Of a DNA stretch of 64,000 nt, positions 34,875-44,607 are shown piece by piece (the stretch's first letter is position 1; every line of letters begins with the position of its first letter). Source of the stretch: an uncultured Spirochaetota bacterium (GTDB lineage Bacteria; Spirochaetota; Spirochaetia; SZUA-6; Fen-1364); contig CAWJSK010000001.1 in NCBI GenBank assembly GCA_963845535.1, positions 64,001 through 128,000 on the forward strand, read 5' to 3'. Made by a program: the position numbers and the translations under genes. Under the pieces are notes generated by a model. That model worked only from the letters and a program-made list of their open reading frames with translations, had not been told where the DNA came from and made no database searches.

Positions 34875-36634
34875 GCATGGATACTTCACTTCTTTTCCCG
34901 CTCGCCATCTTCCTCCCGTGGATCGGCGCTCTTGCCGTGCTGGCGATGGGGCGTCACGGAGGGCTTCGCACTGCCCTGGCCATCGGGTTTGCCGCTGCTG
35001 ACGGCCTGGTCAGCCTTGCGCTCATCCCGCTTGCGGGAACCGGCACCACGTTCTCCGTGCCCCTCGGGGGGATATTCGGCGACTTCAGCCTTGTTGCCGA
35101 TGGCCTCGGGGTGTTCCTTGCCGCCGTGGCCGCCGTGGTCGGTTGCCTGGCGGTCGTTTTTTCGGTGGACTACATGCGCGGGGAGGAGGGGCTGGGCCGC
35201 TATTACGCGCTTGTACTGTTCTTCATTGGCTCCATGGTCGGGCTTGTTCTCTCCTCGAACCTTCTGGTGATCGTGGTTTTCTGGGAAATCACGGCGTTCT
35301 GCTCTTATGCCCTCATCTCGTTCCATAGCGACGACCCCAAGGCGGTAGCCGGAGGCATCAAGGCCCTCATCGTAACGGGGCTGGGCGGAATCGGTCTTCT
35401 TGGCGGCTCTTTCCTGATCTATGCGCAGATTGGCAGCTTCGATCTTCAGCAGTTTCTGGCCAGGGCATCCCATGTGCCCTCCGGCGTTCTGGCCTGGGTC
35501 GCTTTCTCGTTCCTCGCCGCCTCCGCGGCAAAATCGGCCCAGTTCCCGTTCCAGACCTGGCTGCCGGACGCAATGGAGGCCCCTACCCCGATTTCAGCCC
35601 TGATCCACGCGGCCACGATGGTGAACGCGGGAGTGTACCTGCTGGCGCGCGTGTTTCCGGCGTTCAGCGGCGTCCCCGGGTGGTCCACAACCGTCGTCAT
35701 GGTGGGTGCCATCTCCGCTCTCCTTGCGGCCGTCATGGCCATCGCATCGACGGACCTGAAGCGCGTTCTCGCATATTCCACCGTCAGCCAGCTGGGCTTC
35801 ATGGTTTTCTCAATAGGCGCGGGAGGCATCTTCCAGAGCCAGTTCCATCTTCTCAGTCACTCTCTCTTCAAAGCCTTGCTTTTTCTCGGCGCAGGCGCCG
35901 TCATTCACTCTGTCGGGACGCGGGACATGCGGGCAATGGGCGGCCTGTCCCGCAAGATGCCTCTCACCTGCGCTGTGTTCGTGGTGGGCGCGCTGGCCCT
36001 GGCCGGCATTCCTCCCGTCAACGGCTTCTGGAGCAAGGAGCTGATCCTGGAAGCCGGTCAGCTGCATGCGCCGTCCCCGGCATATCTCGTCATGCTGGCA
36101 ACCGTCGGTTTGACAGCGCTGTACAGCGCACGGTGCGTCTGGATGGTTTTTTTCGCCCCCCCCGTTTCCGAGCCTCACGCGCACGAAGCGGGCCCTGCAA
36201 TGCAGACCGCGCTCATTCCGCTTGCGGCCGGGACCCTTGCAAGCTGGCTTCTGGCCGGGCCGTTCATGTCCCTCCTGGTCCGTACGCTGCCGCTGCATTT
36301 CGGCTCCAGCCCGCGGGTCCAAAGCACGTGGGAAATGGCGCGTGAGGTCCTCCATTCCACCGGGACCTGGCTCGCCATGCTGGCGGTGGCCATGGGCATG
36401 CTTCTCTGGATTCTCTGGAGGCTATTTGTGCCCGCGCCTTCACGGCTGGAGCCGGCGCGCAAGGGCGCTGAGGCGGGTCTCGGGTTTGAGAGCATCAACC
36501 GGGGCATCACGCGCGCAGTGCAGTGGTCCGGGGAGAAGCTTCGCGTGACGCAATCCGGCATCATCAACTGGAACGTGGCCGGAATCGTCATAGCCGTGGT
36601 GGCCGTCCTGGCCGTGCTGGCAGCGGGAGGTTGA
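34871..36634 (+). CDS. NuoL/MrpA-like antiporter subunit
   Basis: FWE, KSAQFPFQTWLPDAMEAPTPISALIHAATMV, STVSQLG, HSLFKALLF. Confidence 0.92.
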   Translation: MSMDTSLLFPLAIFLPWIGALAVLAMGRHGGLRTALAIGFAAADGLVSLALIPLAGTGTTFSVPLGGIFGDFSLVADGLGVFLAAVAAVVGCLAVVFSVDYMRGEEGLGRYYALVLFFIGSMVGLVLSSNLLVIVVFWEITAFCSYALISFHSDDPKAVAGGIKALIVTGLGGIGLLGGSFLIYAQIGSFDLQQFLARASHVPSGVLAWVAFSFLAASAAKSAQFPFQTWLPDAMEAPTPISALIHAATMVNAGVYLLARVFPAFSGVPGWSTTVVMVGAISALLAAVMAIASTDLKRVLAYSTVSQLGFMVFSIGAGGIFQSQFHLLSHSLFKALLFLGAGAVIHSVGTRDMRAMGGLSRKMPLTCAVFVVGALALAGIPPVNGFWSKELILEAGQLHAPSPAYLVMLATVGLTALYSARCVWMVFFAPPVSEPHAHEAGPAMQTALIPLAAGTLASWLLAGPFMSLLVRTLPLHFGSSPRVQSTWEMAREVLHSTGTWLAMLAVAMGMLLWILWRLFVPAPSRLEPARKGAEAGLGFESINRGITRAVQWSGEKLRVTQSGIINWNVAGIVIAVVAVLAVLAAGG

Positions 36635-36635
36635 C

Positions 36636-38276
36636 ATGCAGTGGCCTGCCTTCGTCTGGCTCATGCTGCTCCCCATTGTCTCCTCTCCCTTTGTCTACAT
36701 CGTGGGACGGCTCTTCCAGAGAACGCTGGAAGGTCCGGCAGCCGGGGGAGGCATTCCAACCACGCACCTGACCGGACGTACCGGCAGGCATTGGAGATCG
36801 AATCCCGTCCGATGGATCAGCTTCGCAGTGCTGCTTTTCACTTTTGTGCCGTTCGTCATGGCGTGGCGTGACCTTGCCCAGGGGAACGTCGCGCAATTCT
36901 CCTACGGAATCATATCGCTGCGCTTTGACGGAATCAGCCTTCTTCTGGCTGCCGCGGTGCTGTTCCTCGGCATTCTTGTCTCGCTGTTTTCCGGTCCCTA
37001 CATCGGTCACGAGGGAGGCCAGGAGAAATATCATTCCCTGCTGAACACGATGATTGGCGCAATGATCGGCCTGGGCTGCGCGTCTGACCTGTTCAACCTG
37101 TGGGTATGGTTTGAGACTGCCGCGGTAGCCTCCTACATGCTTGTGTCGTATCACGCGCAGCAGCCATCGAGCCTCGAGGCCGGGGTGAAGTACCTTGTGC
37201 AGAACTCGGTGGGCTCCATGCTCGTCCTCATAGGAATCGGGCTGGTGTTCGCACAGGCAGGCACCCTGGACCTGCTGTCGTTGAAGGCGCTGGCCGGCGG
37301 CGCCGGCCCGGGAAACCGGCTTCTCGTGTCCATGCCGCCTGCGGCCGCGGCTGTCCTGGGGAGCTCCCGGCTTCCGCTTCTTGCTGCAGGTGCGCTGTTT
37401 TCCATCGGGTTTGGAGTCAAGGTGGCCATCGTGCCCATGCACACATGGCTGCCGGATGCGCATTCACAGGCCCCCAGCGGCATAAGCGCCGTTCTTTCGG
37501 GAGTGGTCATAGAGACGGGGCTCGTGGCGCTGCTGCGTGCGCTTTCCGTGGTATCAGGAGCTTCCCTGAGCTGGGGCCCCCTCCTTCTTGCCTTCGGGTG
37601 CGTGAACATGCTTGTCGGGAACCTGCTTGCTCTCAGGCAGACGCAGGTCAAGCGCCTTCTTGCCTTTTCCAGTCTCAGTCATGTCGGTTACATGCTCCTT
37701 GGGCTTGGAACGGCCATTACCTTCCACCAGCTTGGCGGCGCACAGGGCGCTTTTTTCCACCTGTTGACCCACGCGGTGATGAAGGGGCTGGCATTCCTTG
37801 CCGCGGGAAGCTTTCTCTTCGCCCTGCGCATATCCCGCGGCCAGCAAGGCCCGCTGATGGCGGAAGACCTGGCGGGAGCGGCGCGCCGCTACCCGCTGCC
37901 TGCCCTCGCTTTCAGCGTGGCGCTTCTGGGTCTGGGCGGCCTTCCTCCCTTTGCGGGGTTCATGTCGAAATGGCAGATATTCGCCTCCGGGTTTCAGACG
38001 GGAAACGCTTTCATGGCGGCCCTGGTCGTCTTTGCGCTTCTCAACAGCCTGCTCTCCCTGGCCTATTATGCGCCCCTGGTGAACCTCATGTACCGAAGGG
38101 AGCCTTCCGCGTCAGTGAGGGCCGGAACTCCCGTGCCGGTGGCAATGGTGATTCCAATGATCATTCTCGTTCTTTCGGTGCTGGCCTTCGGAGTCTGGCC
38201 TTCGCTTGCCAGCAGCCTGACAGGGCCTGCCGGCAGGACAGTGCTTGACCTGTTTGCTGCACCAGGAGGGATGTGA
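36636..38276 (+). CDS. NuoM/N/MrpD-like antiporter subunit
   Basis: DLFNLWVWFE, KVAIVPMHTWLPDAH, KRLLAFSS, GLPPFAGFMSK. Confidence 0.92.
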   Translation: MQWPAFVWLMLLPIVSSPFVYIVGRLFQRTLEGPAAGGGIPTTHLTGRTGRHWRSNPVRWISFAVLLFTFVPFVMAWRDLAQGNVAQFSYGIISLRFDGISLLLAAAVLFLGILVSLFSGPYIGHEGGQEKYHSLLNTMIGAMIGLGCASDLFNLWVWFETAAVASYMLVSYHAQQPSSLEAGVKYLVQNSVGSMLVLIGIGLVFAQAGTLDLLSLKALAGGAGPGNRLLVSMPPAAAAVLGSSRLPLLAAGALFSIGFGVKVAIVPMHTWLPDAHSQAPSGISAVLSGVVIETGLVALLRALSVVSGASLSWGPLLLAFGCVNMLVGNLLALRQTQVKRLLAFSSLSHVGYMLLGLGTAITFHQLGGAQGAFFHLLTHAVMKGLAFLAAGSFLFALRISRGQQGPLMAEDLAGAARRYPLPALAFSVALLGLGGLPPFAGFMSKWQIFASGFQTGNAFMAALVVFALLNSLLSLAYYAPLVNLMYRREPSASVRAGTPVPVAMVIPMIILVLSVLAFGVWPSLASSLTGPAGRTVLDLFAAPGGM

Positions 38277-38277
38277 C

Positions 38278-38589
38278 ATGGTACAGCCTTTCTCCCCCCC
38301 TGTCGCCTTCGCGGCGTACCTGGCTCTGGCCGCCATCCTGCTTGTCATCTCCGGCGCGGCTGCGGCCCGGGGCAAGGCAAGTGACCTGAAGACGACCGTC
38401 TATGGCAGCGGGGAGGCGGCCAGGGCCAGCTCAGCCTCACCAGGGTACAGGCCATTTTTCATGACGGCGTTCTTTTTCGCGATGCTGCATCTTGGCGTGC
38501 TCATCGTGGGCAGCGGCGGCCTGACAATTATCACCGGCGCCTACATCGCCGGGTTGATTCTTTCTTTGATCGCTTTGGCCCTGGGCTGA
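38278..38589 (+). CDS. NuoA-like small membrane subunit
   Basis: 3 TM segments, YGSGE loop, position before the NuoB homologue. Confidence 0.7.
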   Translation: MVQPFSPPVAFAAYLALAAILLVISGAAAARGKASDLKTTVYGSGEAARASSASPGYRPFFMTAFFFAMLHLGVLIVGSGGLTIITGAYIAGLILSLIALALG

Positions 38590-38604
38590 GGGGAAGGAGG
38601 ACCT

Positions 38605-39111
38605 GTGCCGGCGCAGATTCCGCAGTCTCTCAAGCACATCATGGACAGAGTGGCCCTCTGGTCCCGGATCAACTCTCCGTGGCTGATTCACTACAACAGC
38701 GGGTCCTGCAACGGCTGCGACATCGAGATCCTGGCAACGCTGGCTCCCCGGTATGACCTGGAGAGGCTGGGGGTCAAGCTCTGGGGCTCTCCCCGCCACG
38801 CCGACGTGCTGGTCTGCACGGGGCCGGTCACCCGCCAGTCCCGTGACAGGCTCATCAGGACCTACGAGCAGATGCCTTCCCCCAAGTTCGTGGTGGCAGT
38901 GGGCTCTTGCGGGATCACTGGCGGGGCATTCCACGGCTGCTACAACATCGTCGGCGACATCGGCGACGTTGTGCCGGTAGACGTCTACATCCCCGGGTGT
39001 CCTCCCCGGCCCGAAGCCATCATCGATGGCGTCGTGCAGCTCCTGACAAAGTTGAAAACGGGCTCGGGCGCGCCGAAACGGCCGCCTGCTCCAACGGAGG
39101 CCAACGCGTGA
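38605..39111 (+). CDS. Group 4 hydrogenase small subunit (NuoB-like)
   Basis: SCNGCDIE, SPRHAD, VGSC, PGCPP. Confidence 0.93.
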   Translation: MPAQIPQSLKHIMDRVALWSRINSPWLIHYNSGSCNGCDIEILATLAPRYDLERLGVKLWGSPRHADVLVCTGPVTRQSRDRLIRTYEQMPSPKFVVAVGSCGITGGAFHGCYNIVGDIGDVVPVDVYIPGCPPRPEAIIDGVVQLLTKLKTGSGAPKRPPAPTEANA

Positions 39112-40740
39112 GTGTCCAGGGCGCCATCGGTTCGATTTCTGATCTCCTGGCTCAATGGGGCACGGTCCAGGCCGCTGGAGAGGACAGGTTCACTCTTGCG
39201 GTGGACGCCGCGCATCTCCCCGGCGCAGTGCAGGCGCTGAGCGCGGCGCGTTGGGGCTACCTGTCGGCAATTACCGGTCTTGACCACACGGCCGTTGCTC
39301 CCCAGCCCGAGTTTGAGGTGCTCTACCACTTCTGCCGCGGGGCTTCCGTGCTCACGCTGAAAGTGAAGGCGTCAGGGGAGCATCCCACGGTGCCCAGCAT
39401 CTCGGGCATCATGCCTTCGGCCATCCTCCAGGAGCGCGAGCTTGCCGAGCTCTTCGGCATGCACATTACGGACATCCCGGCGAAAGGCAGGCTCCTCCTC
39501 TCCGAGGACTGGCCGGAAAATCTCTTTCCCATGCGGAAGAAGAACGCGCCTGCCGCGATTCGGGAGCGGATTGCCGCGCCCCCACTCTCCGCCCGCCGCC
39601 GCCGCATCCCCCGAGCGGCCGGGCAAGTTCGTGGTTCCCATCGGGCCGCAGCACCCGGCATTGAAAGAGCCGGCGCATTTCGAGCTTGAAGTGGACGGGG
39701 AGATCGTCAAGGACGTGTCCCTGCGTCTGGGGTATGTGCATCGCGGAATCGAGAAAGCAGCTGAGAACCGCTCCTGGATCCACAACCTTTACCTCGTGGA
39801 GAGGATCTGCGGGATCTGCTCACATATCCATGCCACCGCGTACGCCCTGGGTGTGGAACAACTTGCTGGAATCACCGCGCCCCCGCGCGCGCACGCCATC
39901 AGGGTGCTTTTTGCGGAAATGGAGCGGATCCACAGCCACCTTCTCTGGCTAGGGGTGGCTGCGCACCAGGCCGGCTTCGATACCCTGTTCATGTTCACCT
40001 GGCGGGACCGTGAAACCATCATGAACCTGCTGGACGAAGTGAGCGGCAACCGGGTCAACTATTCGGTGAACCTGATCGGCGGGGTCAAGTACGACATCGA
40101 TGCCCCTCGTTCGGATGCCATCCTGCGTGGCATGGACAGCCTTGAGGGCCGCCTCCACCACTACCTCGACGTCGTCAGCGCGGATGAGAGCTTCCTGCGA
40201 AGGACCCGCGGGGTCGGGATCTTCCCCCAGGCGCAGGCGGACGCCCTGGGGGTGGTCGGGCCGACAGCACGGGCGTCCGGAGTCTGTCGGGACCTGCGTA
40301 CGGACGCGCCGTACAGCGCTTACAAGGATTTCCCCGTGACCCCGGTCACAGACCAGGGCTGCGACCTTGCCGCGCGGTTCGTCGTGCGGATCAAGGAGCT
40401 TTTCGAATCCTGCCGTCTCGTCAGGGCCATCCTTGCTTCCCTTCCCCCGGGAGACCTTTGCGTCGACGTCCCTCGCCGCATACCGGAGGGGGAGGCGATC
40501 AGTCGCGTGGAGGCGCCTCGCGGAGAGCTTTTCTACTACCTGCGAAGCACAGGCGGATCAATGCCGGACCGGGTCAAAGTCCGCACTCCCAGCCTTGCAA
40601 ACTGGGCCTACGTCCTGAGCGTAGCCGTGGGCTTGAAGCTGGCCGACATCCCCATGGTCGTCGTGGGCATTGATCCCTGCTTCTCGTGCAATGACCGGAT
40701 GTTCACAGTCCACCGCACCGGCGGAGGAAGCGCAGAATGA
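39108..40740 (+). CDS. NuoC-like domain plus [NiFe]-hydrogenase large subunit; probably one fused gene with a frameshift near 39590
   Basis: NuoC motifs ERELAELFG and WPENLFPMRK; large subunit GPQHP, HRGIEK, L1 RICGICSHIH, L2 DPCFSCNDR; no ATG or SD for a separate large subunit. Confidence 0.88.
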
Positions 40741-41669
40741 AAAGCCTGCTGGCCGTCATCGCCTATCTCCTTTTTCCCGGAGGCATTTTCGTCGTGGTGG
40801 GGAGTCTGGCGTACGAGTATGTGGACCGCAAGCTCATTGCCAGGTTTCAGAACCGCGTGGGCCCCCGATGGTTTCAACCCCTGGCTGACTTCGTGAAGCT
40901 TCTGGTGAAGGAAGAGATAGTACCCCAGGGCGTGAACCCCGGCCTGTTCATATGGCTGCCGGTGGTGGCGCTGGCGGCCGCGCTTGCCACCGCGCTGTAC
41001 GTGCCCATGGCGGGTCTCAGCCCCACCTGGAGCTTCCGGGGCGACGTGGTTGCAACCGTTTACCTGCTCATGATGATGACGCTCTGCATAGGGCTTGCGG
41101 GGGCCAACACGTCGGACAGGTTCTCCGTCATTGGCGCCGTCCGTGCGCTCACGCAGCTTTTCTCCTATGAGGCGCCTTTCCTGCTGGCGCTGCTGGGGCC
41201 CGCCGTCGTGGCAGGAAGTTGGAGAATCGCTGAGATCAACGTGTACGCCCAGGGAAGGCTCTGGATGATCGTCACCCAGCCTTTCGGCTTCCTTGTGGCG
41301 CTCATCGGGCTCATGGGAAAGCTCGAGCTTCCGCCTTTCGACGCTCCGGAAGCTGAAACGGAGATCGTCTCCGGAGCCCTTACGGAGTACAGCGGCCGCG
41401 GGCTTGCTTTTTTCCGCCTGGGAAGGGACATCGAGCTTTTCGTAGGCCTGACGCTGATCTCCGCCTTCTACCTGGGCGGCCTGGCCAACCCGCTGCAGTT
41501 CCTCCTGAAGACCCTGGCGCTTCTCTTTATCACGGCAGGGCTCCAGTCGCTTTTCGCCAGGCTGCGCATCGACCAGACCGTGGGCCTCTGGTGGCGGGTT
41601 GGCGCGTTGCTGGCCCTGGTCCAGCTCCTCATCCTGATCGCGCTGAAGACCATGGGGGTCTCCCTATGA
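40737..41669 (+). CDS. NuoH-like membrane subunit
   Basis: RFQNRVGP, QPLADFVKLLVKE, PFDAPEAETEIVSG..TEYSG. Confidence 0.92.
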   Translation: MKSLLAVIAYLLFPGGIFVVVGSLAYEYVDRKLIARFQNRVGPRWFQPLADFVKLLVKEEIVPQGVNPGLFIWLPVVALAAALATALYVPMAGLSPTWSFRGDVVATVYLLMMMTLCIGLAGANTSDRFSVIGAVRALTQLFSYEAPFLLALLGPAVVAGSWRIAEINVYAQGRLWMIVTQPFGFLVALIGLMGKLELPPFDAPEAETEIVSGALTEYSGRGLAFFRLGRDIELFVGLTLISAFYLGGLANPLQFLLKTLALLFITAGLQSLFARLRIDQTVGLWWRVGALLALVQLLILIALKTMGVSL

Positions 41670-42049
41670 TGCGGATTGGTTCCATGCTCGGCGACATAAT
41701 GCGTTCGCTTGTCCGCAGGCCTTTCACTGAAAGGTATCCTTTTGTCGTGAAACCCGTTTCCGAGCGAACGCGCGGGCGCCTGGAATGGGAGGAAGGGAAA
41801 TGCACAGGCTGCATGCTGTGCGTGAAGGACTGCCCGGCTGACGCCATCCAGATCACCGTTGTTTACAGGGCGGCAAAGAAGTTCGTCTTCCGCTATCGCA
41901 CGGACCGCTGCGTCTACTGCGGGCAGTGCGTCGTGAGCTGCCGGCCCAAGGCGCTGGCCATGTCACCCGAGCACTGGCATCTTTCCTCCACGACACGGGA
42001 GTCGTTTGCCGTTGTCTACGGGGATCATGAGAAAGACTCCAAGCGATGA
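41666..42049 (+). CDS. NuoI-like 2x[4Fe-4S] subunit
   Basis: CTGCMLCVKDCP and CVYCGQCVVSC. Confidence 0.92.
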   Translation: MMRIGSMLGDIMRSLVRRPFTERYPFVVKPVSERTRGRLEWEEGKCTGCMLCVKDCPADAIQITVVYRAAKKFVFRYRTDRCVYCGQCVVSCRPKALAMSPEHWHLSSTTRESFAVVYGDHEKDSKR

Positions 42050-42056
42050 CTGGAAA

Positions 42057-42119
42057 TCGGGCTGACTGGATTTGAACCAGCGACCTTTCGGTCCCGAACC
42101 GAACGCGCTACCAACTGCG
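42057..42119 (-). pseudogene. 5'-truncated tRNA-Pro(CGG), probable att scar
   Basis: Minus strand reads CGCAGTTGGTAGCGCG TTCGG-TTCGGGA-CCGAA AGGTC GCTGG-TTCAAAT-CCAGT CAGCCCGA; the 5' acceptor strand CGGGCTG is absent. Confidence 0.85.
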
Positions 42120-42197
42120 TCGATCTCGACGTCCCCATCGAGGAGTCCGTCGGGGCAACAAGCGTCTCCAGGGGCGCAGGCCGCAGGAGACTCGAGT

Positions 42198-42797
42198 TCA
42201 GCCCAGGCAGCTCACGAGCTTCACCATCTGCGACGCCATGCGGGCGTCCAGGGAGGCATGACCGAAGAGGAGCCTGTTCCACTTGGCGCCGTAGATCATG
42301 TCGGCAAGCAGCTCGGGGTTCACGTCGGCAGACAGCTCGCCGCGCCCGGCGCCGCGGCGAAGAATCTCTATGAGCCCCGCCCGCCGCGGTCGAATGAAGC
42401 TCTCGACGAATTGCTGCCGGAACTCCTCATCCAGCTGCGCTTCTGCTACCAGTCCTCGGAGGACCGGTCCCGTGGGGCCGTCGAGGGACACGAAGGACGC
42501 GGTGAGGAACGCGCGCAGGTCTGTCAAGAGTGATCCGGTGTCGGGATAGGGAGCTGCGTCCGCGGCGGCCTGGACCGATGCCTCCAGCACCACTGCCGCC
42601 CGCGATGGCCACCACCGATAGATGGTCTGTTTGCCCACCCCGGCCTTTGCCGCAATCTTCTCGATCGTGATTGCCCGGTAACCGATCTCTTCGAGCAACC
42701 CCACTGCGGCTTTCAGGATGGCCCGGTGTGACTGGTCGTTGCGACGCCTGCCCGTCGACGCGCCATGTCCGGCCCCTGCCGCCTTCTTTTCGCTCAT
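42198..42797 (-). CDS. TetR/AcrR family regulator
   Basis: TIEKIAAKAGVGKQTIYRWW, PDTGSLLTDL. Confidence 0.93.
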   Translation of the reverse strand: MSEKKAAGAGHGASTGRRRNDQSHRAILKAAVGLLEEIGYRAITIEKIAAKAGVGKQTIYRWWPSRAAVVLEASVQAAADAAPYPDTGSLLTDLRAFLTASFVSLDGPTGPVLRGLVAEAQLDEEFRQQFVESFIRPRRAGLIEILRRGAGRGELSADVNPELLADMIYGAKWNRLLFGHASLDARMASQMVKLVSCLG

Positions 42798-42817
42798 GAC
42801 AGTCCCCTCGAATTCTC

Positions 42818-42876
42818 TTGACGAGACGATACGTATCGTCTATATTCGTTGTGCGACGAAACGATACGGTTCGTCT
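42818..42876. promoter_or_regulatory. SDR promoter with two TetR operator-like sites
   Basis: TTGACG, 17 bp, TATATT; perfect palindrome AGACGATACGTATCGTCT 42824-42841; imperfect copy 42859-42876. Confidence 0.8.
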
Positions 42877-42936
42877 CATCATGGCACACCGGGTTCTGCC
42901 ACACAAGGCGGACGCCCCGGGTCGAAAGGAGCGGGC

Positions 42937-43656
42937 ATGGATCTTTCGGGAAAGCGGGTTGCGATCATAGGGGGCGGCTCGGGCATCGGGCTGGCAACGG
43001 CGCGGAGACTGGCACAGAAGGGCGCCAGTGTCATCATCGGCGGGCGACGGAAAGAAGCGGTGGAGAATGCGGTGCGTGAGATCGGCGAAACGGCGCAGGG
43101 GTGGACCGTCGACGCGTCCTCCACCGACGAGCTGCGGGATTTCTACCGACATGCCGGCCGGCTTGACCACCTCGTGGTGACCCTCAGCGGCAATAAGGGC
43201 TTCGGTGGGGTCAGGACCATGGATCTTGCCTTTCTCCGCGAAGCGCTCAACGCAAAGGTCTGGCCGCAGCTCATGGCACTGCAGGCGGGACTCGATGTAT
43301 TGGACGGTCACGGATCAGTGACTCTCGTGTCGGCAGCCTCCGCTGGCGCTCCCATACCCGGGGCCTTCGGCCTGGCAGGCATAAACGGCGCAATCGAGGC
43401 CATGATTCCTTCCCTGGCCGTCGAGCTGAAGCCTCTCCGCGTGAACGCGGTCTCTCCGGGGATTGTCGACACCGCGTGGTGGGACTTCATGCAGGCGGAA
43501 GAGAAGAAGGCGTTCCTGGCGCAGAACGGGGCCTCCCTTCCCGTCGGAAGGGTCGGGGCACCTGACGACGTGGCCCGGGCCATCGAGCTGGTCGTCGTTA
43601 ACGGCTTCATGACGGGAGCCGTTGTCCGTTGCGATGGAGGCGCCCGCCTGTTGTGA
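42937..43656 (+). CDS. Short-chain dehydrogenase/reductase (atypical)
   Basis: IGGGSGIG, RVNAVSPG, DGG; no clear YxxxK. Confidence 0.88.
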   Translation: MDLSGKRVAIIGGGSGIGLATARRLAQKGASVIIGGRRKEAVENAVREIGETAQGWTVDASSTDELRDFYRHAGRLDHLVVTLSGNKGFGGVRTMDLAFLREALNAKVWPQLMALQAGLDVLDGHGSVTLVSAASAGAPIPGAFGLAGINGAIEAMIPSLAVELKPLRVNAVSPGIVDTAWWDFMQAEEKKAFLAQNGASLPVGRVGAPDDVARAIELVVVNGFMTGAVVRCDGGARLL

Positions 43657-44120
43657 CACCGATCCGGGAGCAAATCATCCTCATCACCGGTTCAACCGAC
43701 GGTCTGGGAAAGGCCACGGCCCGGGAGTTTGCGGCCCGGGGAGCCATCGTGCTCATCCACGGCAGGAGCGCCGAGCGCATCGAGGCGACTCTCGGGGAGA
43801 TCGCTACGGCTACCGGGAAGCCGAAGGGCCAGGGCTACTGCGCCGACCTCGCAGACCTGCGCCAGGTGCGGCGGCTGGCGCGCGAGGTGGTTGGGGGCCA
43901 GACCCGGCTCGACCTCCTCATCAACAACGCGGGGATCGGCGCCGGCAACATGGACAAGCCGCGTCGGGAGACGAGCGTGGACGGCTACGAGCTTCGCTTT
44001 GCTGTCAACTATCTGTCGCACTTCCACCTCACTCTCGAGCTCGTGCCGTTGCTCGAGGCAGGGGCTCCGTCGCGCATCGTAAACGTCGCTTCGGTGGGGC
44101 AGGAAGCGCTCGATTTCTGA
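43653..44120 (+). pseudogene. 3'-truncated SDR
   Basis: TGSTDGLG, NNAG, NVAS, then a stop before the catalytic YxxxK. Confidence 0.78.
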
Positions 44121-44529
44121 AGAAGAGACTTCTATTGCGCGGTGAATCGGCGGACGGTATGATAGTGAACGTGAACTGAGTGCGTGCCGCTTCGCAGAAG
44201 AGTACTGGCCTGGGCTCTTTCGAAGGGCATCATGAAGAAGGCTGCGCTCTCCTTTTCCCGTTTTCGCTCGGCACCGCTACCACGGAAGCGCCTTCCCGGT
44301 GACACGCCTGCTCTTGTCCTGCCTGTTGTCGCCCCTCGATTGTTTTCAGCACGACAGACGCATCCTGCCGAGCGCCACTCATGCTTGGCCGATCCGGAGT
44401 TGCAGTTGCTCCGCCTGCAAACCCAGGTTGTTACGCGCAACTTGCGTTGCAGAAGTGGGAATGCCGCATTGCGCCTCCCAATCTTGATAGATCCTTTCCG
44501 CAAAAAGAAATGGCGCTACCTGATCTTCT

Positions 44530-44545
44530 TGGCATGCCCTTTGCA
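44530..44545 (+). promoter_or_regulatory. Sigma54 (-24/-12) promoter
   Basis: TGGCATG-CCCT-TTGCA with GG and GC 12 bp apart, about 60 bp before the LuxR gene. Confidence 0.65.
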
Positions 44546-44607
44546 CTTCCGGATGGAGTCGTCGAGCTGCATGCGAAAGGTTGAATGGGAGGAAGGATAG
44601 AACGGCC

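Noticed and set aside
34066..42049. Respiratory complex I (nuo) or Ni-less Mbx/Ehr
   Set aside because: The large subunit keeps both CxxC Ni-binding motifs and there is no NuoEFG
42057..42130. Functional tRNA-Pro gene
   Set aside because: The 5' sequence (CGAGATCGA) cannot form the acceptor stem with CAGCCCG
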